From the IMG/VR virus record IMGVR_UViG_3300044694_000083, positions 31,780-95,779 of that record: a stretch of DNA of 64,000 bases; one strand, given 5' to 3'. The first letter of the stretch is position 1. Every line of letters begins with the position of its first letter. Made by a program: the position numbers and the translations under genes. This document shows, in pieces, positions 55,788 to 64,000 of this stretch. Origin of the DNA: a virus (taxonomy: Duplodnaviria > Caudoviricetes). Under the pieces are notes generated by a model. That model searched no databases and was not told the DNA's origin. It saw only the letters and a program-made list of their open reading frames with translations.

Positions 55788-58700
55788 ATGAAGCCAATCC
55801 TCTTCCTGAAGGCCCAGTCGATTCCGCCCGGAAGTCGCTGGATTACACTGCACCCGAACGGTGCTGACTCCAAAGGCCAGCCTGTCCTGATCCAGCCGAA
55901 CGCCGACGGTTCCGCGCACGTGATCGGCGGCGCCGGCGGAAAGCTCAACTACCTGAAGCTGCGCGCCGTCCGCTCCGAATCCGACTACAAGCGCGAGGCG
56001 GCCGAGAAGAAGAAAGCCGCGACCGAGGCCAAGAAAGAGCAGCGCAAGCGCGACAAGGAAAACGGCCTGGTCGAGTCGAAGAAGAAGGCGCGCGAGAACG
56101 TGCGCACGCAGGTGCGTGACCACGAGCGCAAGTTCGTCCAGACCGTGGCCGATGCCATGGGCTGGGATCCGAAGTCGCTGGAGTTTCCTGAACAGGACGT
56201 CGCGCACCTGTCGGATGCCGCGCAGGCTAAGCTGCGGCTGAAGCACCACCAGGAGCTGCTGGCGCGCGCGAACGAGGCGGTCGATGTCCAGCGCCGGCGC
56301 CTGGTGGACGACGCTGGTGCGCGCATGGAGGCCGGCATCAGCGAGATTCCGCTTGAGACCTCCGACCCGGAAACCCTGTCGGTACAGGACATCGCGCCGG
56401 TGAAGGCGGAAGGTGGCGGCCTGGGCTTCTCGCCGGATTACAAGGAACGTGCCGAGGATGCCGGTCTGACCGAGCACGAGCTCAAGGCTGAGGCGGACAA
56501 GGCCAAGGAGGCGAAGCAGGCCTCGATGACGCCGGCGCAGCGCCAGGCGGCGGTGGCGCGCGGCGAGACCGCGAAGATGGTCGCCGACGAGATCAAGTCG
56601 ATCCGCGAGCCGCTGGTGAAGGACACCAAGGTGCAGCTGGCCGACGCCAAGGAGGCAGTGGCGCTGCTGAAGGCCCAGAAGCAGCTGCGCCAGCTCCACA
56701 AAAAGGCTCAGGAGGCCAACCGCGAGATCGACAAGTCGGCGGCCGAGCCGAAGGCCTACGTGATCGAGTACACGGCTGATCCGGAGGCGGATGCCAAGGT
56801 CGAGGCGGACATCGAGGGCGACCTGCGCACCATGAAGACGCGCGCGTTCCTGTCCGAATTCCAGCAGCTGGCCGGCGAGGCGCCGGGCGAGAGCCTGGGC
56901 AAGCACATCGGCGTGGGCGCCTACAACAGCATCAACAGCCTGGCGCTGGCCGTTGGCGGCGAGGCGCTGGTCGACCGGTCCGTGGTCGACGTGTTGGGCG
57001 TCGCGGGCGCTGCGCAGGTGCTGGCGCGGCGGATCCACAGCGACCTGGCTGACGACGTCGACCGCATCACCGAGGGGATGCAGGCCTTTCACCTCGACCA
57101 CTACATGGCCACCAGCGAGCAGGCGCTGTCTGACGCGCGCGACCTGATGGAGACGGCCAAGGAGATCGAGCTCGGCGAGCTGGCCGGCGGCGCCGACCTG
57201 CAGGCGGCGCAGGAGCTGAACGCGCGCCGGCGCCGCGCGGTGACGGACGCACAGAAGATCCTGGGCCAGGCTCTGGGTGAGATGGAGGCGAACGCCGCCC
57301 TGGTGACGGCCCTCAAGCAGGGCAAGAAGGACCAATTCGAGGTCTCGCTCGGAAAGGTCGGTATCGAGGACGCCATCCGCCAGGTGCGCGCGATCGGCCT
57401 GCAGAAGGGGGATTACACGATCGAGGACGTGGCGGGCGACCGGTTCCTGACCGTCAACGCCTCCGGCCTGGACCGATTGGCCAAGCCGGTGAGCCGGGAC
57501 GACGTGCAGCAAGTCCAGCGCAATCTCGCCATCATCCGCGGCGACCACGACGAGGACGGCTGGCTGCCGGCCGGCGTCGCCAATCGTCCGGACCTGGCCA
57601 TGGACGTGAAGCCGGGCGCGGCGCCGCAGCTGGCCGAGCCGTTCCAGCCGGGCGAGGATCTGGAGCAGAGCCTGCGCGACTACATCGGCGGGCGCGCGGC
57701 CGACGGCGACACCCCGGGCGACATCGTCGCCGACATCCAGTCGGCCGAGTTCTTCCAGAAGGCCGGGCCCGGCCGGGCCGAGGAATACCGCGCCGCGCTC
57801 GACGCGGTGGCGCCGCTCAAGGGCCAGGATGGCAAGATGCAGCGCGCGGACGCGCTGGGCGATACCTTCGAGAAGTATGCCGACGCGTTCGTGCAGCGCC
57901 GTTACGGCGGCGCGCGCGCGACCATCAACCAGCAGAAATTCGAGGTCGACCAGCACGCAGTCGACGCGCTGCACCGAGCGCTGGCCGAGACCCCTGAAGG
58001 CACGGCCGCCTACAAGCCGATCGGCGAGCTGCAGCCGCAGGACCAGCGCGCGATTCGCGAATTCTTCCACCGGAACGTGGCCAAGGAATCGCCGGAGGCT
58101 GCGCAGCTGCGCCAGGAGCTCGAGAAGCACGCCGCGGCCGAGCCGGAGGCCGAGACCACCGACATGTTCGGCGACACCGTGCCGAACCCGGAGCACGGCG
58201 AGTGGCGTGCGCGCCGTGACGAGCTGGCCAGCCAGGTGAACGCCTCGTCGCTGACCTGGGCGAAGTACGTCGAGACGATGGGCGGCCATGAGAAGGCCTA
58301 TGAGGCGGTGCAGGACCTGATTCGCTCGAAGGTCGGCAGGGCCTTCGTTGACGCGCACAACAAGCTCAAGCCTGGCGCGCCGCTGAAGGTCGGCAAGGCG
58401 CTGATCCGCCACAACCTGAATCACCTGGACGCGACCGACCACGAAGCGCGCGAGGCTCGGCTGGCGCGCGACCGCGCGCTGACCGACAGCCTGCGCGAGC
58501 GCGTGCAGGGCCGCTACGCCAGCGGCTCGGTCTCCGACAAGCTGGACGCCGCGCGCGACCGGCAGGAGGCGTTCAACCAGGCGCAGATGGGTTTCTTCGC
58601 CGACGAGGCGCCGCCGACCGCCACCGAGGACATCAAGCTCGAGGGGGACGAGCGGCACAGCATCGGCCACGCGGCCGAGCGCCAGATCGCCGGCATGATG

Positions 58701-60329
58701 GGCGTGGTTGGGAAAAACTTCAAACCCGGCGCCCCGACCAAGCTCTGGGCGCCGACCATGAGCGGCGGGAAGAACGCCGCGCGCCAGCGCCTGGTGAAGC
58801 TGGTCGAGGCGAACAAGCGCGTGGTCGCCGCGTTCGGCACCGGCTCGGGCAAGTCGCTGCTGCAGCTGGCCTCGTTTACGCACCTCAAGGAGAAGGGCCA
58901 GGCCAAGCGCGGCCTGTTCCTGGTGCCGTCGATCGTGCAGGGCCAGTTCTCCGGCGAGGCGCTGCGCTACCTTGAGCCGGGCAAGTACAACTGGCACATC
59001 CAGCCCGGCTCCAGCCGCGAGGAGCGGATTGCCGCGTACAAGAACCCGGAGCACGATTTCGCGGTCATGACGCACCAGTCCTTCCGCGACGACATGCTGC
59101 ACCTGGGCGCGAAGCACGCCGGCATCCCGGAAAGCGAAATGGCCGACCGCCTGAACGCCATGACGGACGACGAGCGCAAGGCCTGGATGGGCGATCTGAT
59201 GAAGCGTGAGGGGATCAACTTCGACTACCTCACGGTGGACGAGAGCCAGAACACCCTGAACCGCGCCGGCAAGGAGAATTCCGGCCTGGCCAACGTGGTC
59301 GACGCGCTGTCGCACCATACGCCGAATTACCTGCTGGCGAGCGGAGATCCGGTCAAGAACGATGCCAGCGAAGTGTTCGACCTGCTGCGAAAAATGGACC
59401 CTGCGCGCTACGGCGACAGGGCCGCCTTCATGCGCCGCTACGGCGCCGACACACTGGCCAGCAAGAACGCGCTCAAGCGCGAGATGGCGCGCTACGTGTA
59501 TCCATCGAAGATCGATCCGGACGTTCAGGCCGACCGGCGCGAGGAAAAGATCGCGCTGTCCGCCGGCCAGAAGCTGGCGCTGTCGGAGCTCGACAAGCAC
59601 TTCAGCAGCGCGCGCATCGCCCGCATGCAGGGCAAGGTCGACGTGGTCGCCATGCGCGCCATCTCGCCGAACTCGTTTGCCGGAGCCCCGGAGGACAAGC
59701 ACGAGGAGATCGCGCGCAACCTGCAAGCCAACCTGGGCATCCTGAAGGCCTCCGCCACCCAGCGCGTGATCAACACGCACCCGGATAACGCCAAGGTCGA
59801 CCACCTGTCGAAGGTCGCGGCCGAGCGCAAGGGCAAGCCGGGCGTCGTGTTTGCGCACTCGCTGGACGCCGTCAAGGCGATCAAGGAGCGGCTGGAGAAG
59901 GAAGGCCACCGCGTGGTTGCGCTGACGGGCGCCGACTCCTCGACCGAGAAGGAGCGCAAGCGCCTGATGTTCAACCCGGAGCAGGGCGACGCGCAGGCCG
60001 ACATCCTGATCGCATCCGACGCCGGCGCCACCGGCATGAACATCCAGCGCGGCCAGTGGCTGGTGCAGATGGATACGCCCCAGACTGCGATGACGCACGC
60101 CCAGCGCCAGGGCCGCATTTTCCGGACCGGGCAGAAAAACAACGTCGAGCTGATCGACCTGGTGGCGGACCACCCGGAGGAGCGCGCCGCACGCGACCGG
60201 CTGTCGAAGAAGTACGGCCTGCGCGAGATGATGACGAGCTCGATGGAAGGGCTCGACGACACCGGCGTCGCCTCCTACCTGAAGCAACAGCAGGCGCAAG
60301 AAGATGATTCACAAACTGCTCTTTTTTGA
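55788..60329 (+). CDS. Large SNF2-like protein with divergent helicase motifs
   Basis: FGTGSGKS, VDESQ, ASGDP, DAGATGMN, QRQGRIFRTGQ. Confidence 0.82.
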   Translation: MKPILFLKAQSIPPGSRWITLHPNGADSKGQPVLIQPNADGSAHVIGGAGGKLNYLKLRAVRSESDYKREAAEKKKAATEAKKEQRKRDKENGLVESKKKARENVRTQVRDHERKFVQTVADAMGWDPKSLEFPEQDVAHLSDAAQAKLRLKHHQELLARANEAVDVQRRRLVDDAGARMEAGISEIPLETSDPETLSVQDIAPVKAEGGGLGFSPDYKERAEDAGLTEHELKAEADKAKEAKQASMTPAQRQAAVARGETAKMVADEIKSIREPLVKDTKVQLADAKEAVALLKAQKQLRQLHKKAQEANREIDKSAAEPKAYVIEYTADPEADAKVEADIEGDLRTMKTRAFLSEFQQLAGEAPGESLGKHIGVGAYNSINSLALAVGGEALVDRSVVDVLGVAGAAQVLARRIHSDLADDVDRITEGMQAFHLDHYMATSEQALSDARDLMETAKEIELGELAGGADLQAAQELNARRRRAVTDAQKILGQALGEMEANAALVTALKQGKKDQFEVSLGKVGIEDAIRQVRAIGLQKGDYTIEDVAGDRFLTVNASGLDRLAKPVSRDDVQQVQRNLAIIRGDHDEDGWLPAGVANRPDLAMDVKPGAAPQLAEPFQPGEDLEQSLRDYIGGRAADGDTPGDIVADIQSAEFFQKAGPGRAEEYRAALDAVAPLKGQDGKMQRADALGDTFEKYADAFVQRRYGGARATINQQKFEVDQHAVDALHRALAETPEGTAAYKPIGELQPQDQRAIREFFHRNVAKESPEAAQLRQELEKHAAAEPEAETTDMFGDTVPNPEHGEWRARRDELASQVNASSLTWAKYVETMGGHEKAYEAVQDLIRSKVGRAFVDAHNKLKPGAPLKVGKALIRHNLNHLDATDHEAREARLARDRALTDSLRERVQGRYASGSVSDKLDAARDRQEAFNQAQMGFFADEAPPTATEDIKLEGDERHSIGHAAERQIAGMMGVVGKNFKPGAPTKLWAPTMSGGKNAARQRLVKLVEANKRVVAAFGTGSGKSLLQLASFTHLKEKGQAKRGLFLVPSIVQGQFSGEALRYLEPGKYNWHIQPGSSREERIAAYKNPEHDFAVMTHQSFRDDMLHLGAKHAGIPESEMADRLNAMTDDERKAWMGDLMKREGINFDYLTVDESQNTLNRAGKENSGLANVVDALSHHTPNYLLASGDPVKNDASEVFDLLRKMDPARYGDRAAFMRRYGADTLASKNALKREMARYVYPSKIDPDVQADRREEKIALSAGQKLALSELDKHFSSARIARMQGKVDVVAMRAISPNSFAGAPEDKHEEIARNLQANLGILKASATQRVINTHPDNAKVDHLSKVAAERKGKPGVVFAHSLDAVKAIKERLEKEGHRVVALTGADSSTEKERKRLMFNPEQGDAQADILIASDAGATGMNIQRGQWLVQMDTPQTAMTHAQRQGRIFRTGQKNNVELIDLVADHPEERAARDRLSKKYGLREMMTSSMEGLDDTGVASYLKQQQAQEDDSQTALF

Positions 60330-60344
60330 GGTATAGTTGAGCCC

Positions 60345-60596
60345 ATGAAAGCCCACATCGACGACACCCACCGAAAACTTGGCGAGCTGGCCGTCATGGC
60401 GCAGCAGACCGAGGCGGCCGAGCGCAAGATCCTGGCGCGCGCGACGCAGCGCCTCGACGAGGTGCAGGCCGAGCTCAAGGAGGCTGGCAGCCATGCCCTG
60501 ACCGGTGGCGGCGACAAGTACATGGCGCTGGTCCAGGAGCGCGGCCAGCTGCAGCAGGTGATCGCGCAGGCGCGCCAGGTGCTGGGGGCCCAGTAA
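60345..60596 (+). CDS. Small coiled-coil protein
   Basis: Helical heptad composition. Confidence 0.55.
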   Translation: MKAHIDDTHRKLGELAVMAQQTEAAERKILARATQRLDEVQAELKEAGSHALTGGGDKYMALVQERGQLQQVIAQARQVLGAQ

Positions 60597-60784
60597 CGTG
60601 CTCGCCTTCCTCATCTCCCTTTTGATCGAGCGCGCGGCGCCAGGCATCAGGCCGGAACCCTGGTGCTGGGCGATGCCCACGGCGGCCGTTGCTCGATTCT
60701 CGGCTCTCCCGCCATGGTGGCGATCATGAAGCGGGCTGCGTCTCGGTCCGGATAGGCGCAGACCCGCCAAAAAACTCTACGAGA

Positions 60785-60810
60785 AAGCCGCCTTCGGGCG
60801 GCTTTTTTGT
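60785..60810 (+). terminator. Intrinsic terminator
   Basis: AAGCCGCC-ttcg-GGCGGCTT-TTTT. Confidence 0.85.
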
Positions 60811-60831
60811 TGCCTAGATCACGCCAGCGGC

Positions 60832-60854
60832 CGTCGTGACAACATCATGGCGGC
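60832..60854 (+). promoter_or_regulatory. Late leaderless promoter of capsid operon
   Basis: CGTCGTGA-CAA-CATCAT-6nt-ATG. Confidence 0.7.
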
Positions 60855-61748
60855 ATGGACGATAACGATCTGCTGGCCACAATTCCCGACTTCGTGAGCT
60901 TCGGTATGCTCATGAAAGCGACGCCGCGCGAGGAAGGCGGCCGCCGCATCATCTATGTCGAGGCCAGCAAGGAAAGCCGTGACCAGCAGGGCGAGATCGT
61001 CCTGGCGAAGGCGCTGCGCGAATCCGCCGACGTTTTCAAGAAGTTCGGCGTGCTGGACCTGGATCACAAGTCCATGCCGTCCGTCGCGAAAATGTACGGC
61101 ATCGACGACCCGGAAAGCTGGGTCATCGGGCAGCCTGTCGATGTCGCATTCAACGGCGACACCACGATCGTGAAGGCGGAGCTGCGCCGCGGAGATTCGC
61201 CGCTGGCCGAGCGCGCCAACAGGGTGTGGGATGGCATGACCAAGGTTTCGCCGCCGGACCGCTACTACGCCTCTGTGGGCGGAAGCGTGACCGGCCGCGA
61301 CATCCGCATCGACCCGCTGACGAAAGCGAAGGTTCCGGTGATCACTGGCACGCGCTGGAACAACCTCGCGCTGTCGCTCAATCCGGTTCATGCCGGCCTG
61401 GCGCCCGCCTCCACGACGCCGGTCGGCACGTTCGCCAAGTCGCTCGGCGGCTGGGTCATGCAGAAGGCGCTCGAGGCGAGCTACGCGACCAACCCGGCCG
61501 ACATGACCGGCGGCGCGGCTCTGCGCATGCAGTCGCTCGACGGCGCGCCGATCAACTACTTCGATTTACGCAACAGGCTGGCTGAGGCGCTGCGCGCCGG
61601 GGAGGTGGGACCGAACCCGGGCGCGGCGGACCTCGTCGCCTATTGCGCCCAAACGTTTGGCCTGTCGCAGGACGACGCGGCCGAGAACGTAGAGCGGTTC
61701 TACCGCGATTTGCAAACAGGCCTTAAACAACGGAGCAGAAAACAATGA
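60855..61748 (+). CDS. Prohead protease
   Basis: ASKESRDQQGE, DLDH, ASVGG, ALSLNPV; two genes upstream of capsid. Confidence 0.75.
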   Translation: MDDNDLLATIPDFVSFGMLMKATPREEGGRRIIYVEASKESRDQQGEIVLAKALRESADVFKKFGVLDLDHKSMPSVAKMYGIDDPESWVIGQPVDVAFNGDTTIVKAELRRGDSPLAERANRVWDGMTKVSPPDRYYASVGGSVTGRDIRIDPLTKAKVPVITGTRWNNLALSLNPVHAGLAPASTTPVGTFAKSLGGWVMQKALEASYATNPADMTGGAALRMQSLDGAPINYFDLRNRLAEALRAGEVGPNPGAADLVAYCAQTFGLSQDDAAENVERFYRDLQTGLKQRSRKQ

Positions 61749-62365
61749 GCACTGAACAAAACAAGCAGCCGAACAGCTTTCAGCAGCTGCTCGGCGAGCT
61801 CGGCGAAATGACGAAGTCGTTTGCCCCGCCCGCTGAAGCCAATGACGGCAAGAAGCCTAGCGAAGGCGAGGAAGACGACGACAAGAACAAGGTTGCGGCT
61901 GAAGGCGACGAGTCGATGGCGAAGTCCTTCCAGGTGACGCTGGCAGACGGCTCGGTCGTCGAAGCGCAGGATGGCACCGAGCTCGTCAAGTCGCTGTTCG
62001 AACGCGTCGACAACCAGGAATCCATGATGGTGCAGGCCCTTGGCGGCACTCTGGATCTCGTCAAGTCCATGGGCGCACAGCTGACGGCGCAGAGCGAGCT
62101 GATCAAGTCGCTGCAGGACACCGTCGGTCGCCTCTCGAACCAGGGCGCCGGCCGCAAGACGCTGGTCAACGTGCACGAGCAGGTCACCACCATGACCAAG
62201 TCGCTGCAGCAGCCGCAGGGTCCGACCAAGGAAGAAATCATGGCGAAGTCGAACGCAGCATTCGCGGCCGGCAAGATCAGCGGTCACGAACTGACCACGA
62301 TCGACGTCGCGATGCGTGCCGGCGTGCCGATCGACCAGGCGCTCGCCGCCAAGGTCATGCAGTAA
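61745..62365 (+). CDS. Scaffold protein
   Basis: Between protease and capsid; seven [LM]-x-KS repeats. Confidence 0.65.
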   Translation: MSTEQNKQPNSFQQLLGELGEMTKSFAPPAEANDGKKPSEGEEDDDKNKVAAEGDESMAKSFQVTLADGSVVEAQDGTELVKSLFERVDNQESMMVQALGGTLDLVKSMGAQLTAQSELIKSLQDTVGRLSNQGAGRKTLVNVHEQVTTMTKSLQQPQGPTKEEIMAKSNAAFAAGKISGHELTTIDVAMRAGVPIDQALAAKVMQ

Positions 62366-62396
62366 AACCACACCACCCGAAGGGAACCGTAAAAAA

Positions 62397-63905
62397 ATGA
62401 ACGACTTTTTTAAGCAATTCGCCAGCATGACTCCCGGCGGCGCGGCTTCGCTGGGTGGCTCGGCTGCCGGCGCGCTGACCGAGGAGCTGCAGAAGGCTCT
62501 CCAGGCCAGCAACTACGAGACCGACGTCTCGAACCTGACCGGTGGCGGCGCCCTGGGCGTGCAGTCGCTGGACACGGCCATGAAGACCACGATCCAGGAG
62601 AACGAGCACTTCGTGCTGTTCAACCGCCTGGCATCGACCAACGCGACCAACATCGTCGACGAGTACACCCGCCAGAACGGCATCGGCGGCGTGCTGGGCG
62701 GCTCGACCAACACCCAGATGGGCGTGGTGCGCGCGGCGCAGGGCGACTACAGCCGTGAAGTCGGTCTGGTCAAGTTCCTCATGACGATGCGCCAGGTCGG
62801 TTACGTCCTGAACATCGGCAAGAACATGGTCGGCCCGATCGCGACCGAAGAGCGCAATGGCGCCCTGCAGCTGCTGACCGACGCCAACTACCTGCTGTAT
62901 CATGGCAACGCCGATGCCTCGCCGACCCAGTTCGACGGCATCATCAAGATCATCGAGGACAGCGTCGCGGCCGGCCAGATTTCGGACGAGAACATCGTCG
63001 ACATGAACGGCGCCAAGCTGAACAGCGTCGAGCCGTTCTCGAAGGTCAACTCGACCGTGATGGACTACGGTTCGTGGGGTCGCTCGACCGACGTGTTCAT
63101 GCCGGTCTCGGTGCAGAACGACCTGAACATGGGCCTGGATCCGGCCTTCCGCTGGCTGCCGGGTAACAGCAACACCCCGCAGATCGGCGCGCACGTCGAG
63201 GGCATTCGCCTGCAGAACGGCGTCCTGAAGACCAACCAGGACACCTTCATCCACGCGGACAACCACCCGATGGTGATGCCGTGGGATGGCAGCTCGAACG
63301 CCCAGTACACCGCCGCAGCGGCCGCGAATGCTGCCTTCAAGCCGGCTGGCCTGGCTGTCGATGTCTCGGCGACCGACCCGTCGTCGACCTTCACCAGCAG
63401 CCGCGCTGGCAATTACTACTACGCTGTCGCCGGCATCGGCGCCAACGGCGAGCAGCTGTCGGCCGTGACCAAGAGCGCGCAGGTGGCGATCGCCGACGGC
63501 ACCAAGGCCGTGCTGACCATCTCGCAGTCGGCCTCGGGCACCGAGAGCGGCTACGCCATCTACCGCTCGCGCCAGAACGGCACCAACGCCTCGAGCGACC
63601 TGCGCCTGGTGAAGATCGTCAAGAAGACTGGTGCGACCACCACCTTCACCGATCTGAACCGCGACATCCCGGGCACGATCACCGTGCCGCTGCTGAACAT
63701 GGCGCCGGCGGCGGATGCGATCGGCTGGCGTCAATTTCAACCGATGACGAAAATTCCCCTGCCTTTCGGCGTGGGCGGCATGCCGGTCATGAGCTGGTTC
63801 CAGTTCCTGTTCGGTTACCTGCGCGTGACCAAGCCGAAGCACCATGGCCTGATCAAGAACATCCTGCCGTCCACCGCGCAGTGGCGCCCGTTCACCGCCG
63901 AGTAA
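62397..63905 (+). CDS. Major capsid protein
   Basis: ELQKAL..GGALGVQSLD..FDGI pattern; position after protease/scaffold; followed by terminator. Confidence 0.82.
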   Translation: MNDFFKQFASMTPGGAASLGGSAAGALTEELQKALQASNYETDVSNLTGGGALGVQSLDTAMKTTIQENEHFVLFNRLASTNATNIVDEYTRQNGIGGVLGGSTNTQMGVVRAAQGDYSREVGLVKFLMTMRQVGYVLNIGKNMVGPIATEERNGALQLLTDANYLLYHGNADASPTQFDGIIKIIEDSVAAGQISDENIVDMNGAKLNSVEPFSKVNSTVMDYGSWGRSTDVFMPVSVQNDLNMGLDPAFRWLPGNSNTPQIGAHVEGIRLQNGVLKTNQDTFIHADNHPMVMPWDGSSNAQYTAAAAANAAFKPAGLAVDVSATDPSSTFTSSRAGNYYYAVAGIGANGEQLSAVTKSAQVAIADGTKAVLTISQSASGTESGYAIYRSRQNGTNASSDLRLVKIVKKTGATTTFTDLNRDIPGTITVPLLNMAPAADAIGWRQFQPMTKIPLPFGVGGMPVMSWFQFLFGYLRVTKPKHHGLIKNILPSTAQWRPFTAE

Positions 63906-63924
63906 TCGTCCGATATCATGAGCC

Positions 63925-63953
63925 GCGGCCCTGGAAACGGGGCCGCTTTTTTA
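63925..63953 (+). terminator. Intrinsic terminator after capsid gene
   Basis: GCGGCCC-tggaaacg-GGGCCGC-TTTTTT. Confidence 0.75.
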
Positions 63954-64000
63954 TAACCCATTTTAGGAGGGGACCATGGCACGCGTAATTTGCACTCTTA

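Larger units (their letters stand above)
1..64000. mobile_element. Temperate tailed phage genome segment (free/excised configuration likely)
   Basis: Integrase, attP, replication, terminase, portal, protease and capsid genes; no host housekeeping operons. Confidence 0.95.

Noticed and set aside
51038-60299. Very long antisense ORFs (1367 aa, 1530 aa) and many other shadow ORFs
   Set aside because: Mirror frames of GC-rich sense genes; no motifs or RBS.
60600-60770. Possible small ORF or RNA before the protease promoter
   Set aside because: No convincing RBS, motif or extended structure by eye.

Overview
A GC-rich 64-kb stretch of a large temperate tailed-phage genome; no host genes are visible. 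Order: tyrosine integrase and an intact attP (3' half of tRNA-Arg(ACG)); leftward recombination genes (RecD-like helicase, MazG-like, Xis-like, SbcC-like ATPase, RecE-like); rightward replication genes (intein-containing SF2 helicase, ssb, VRR-NUC, primase-helicase); thyA; an iteron/IHF origin-like locus; a ~20-kb accessory region (22-42 kb) that encloses the terminase genes; then the head module (portal, zeta-like kinase, head morphogenesis protein, DarB-like MTase-SNF2, second SNF2 giant, prohead protease, scaffold, major capsid). Main discovery: ten dispersed ~90-bp attP-like sites, each a CCWGA-N7-TCWGG core plus a tandem 11-bp-period TGCGCCCGA arm repeat copied from attP, sit at gene boundaries in 22.2-42.2 kb and divide the accessory region into cassettes, suggesting an integrase-driven gene-cassette or shuffling system. 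Also seen: a 9-copy CGTCGTGA late promoter giving mostly leaderless mRNAs, a shared hydrophobic-x-K-[SA] tag on predicted head-cargo proteins, a ~570-nt structured ncRNA candidate, a duplicated origin-like element, and a C5 methyltransferase split over two overlapping frames. All calls are by eye; no database searches were run.
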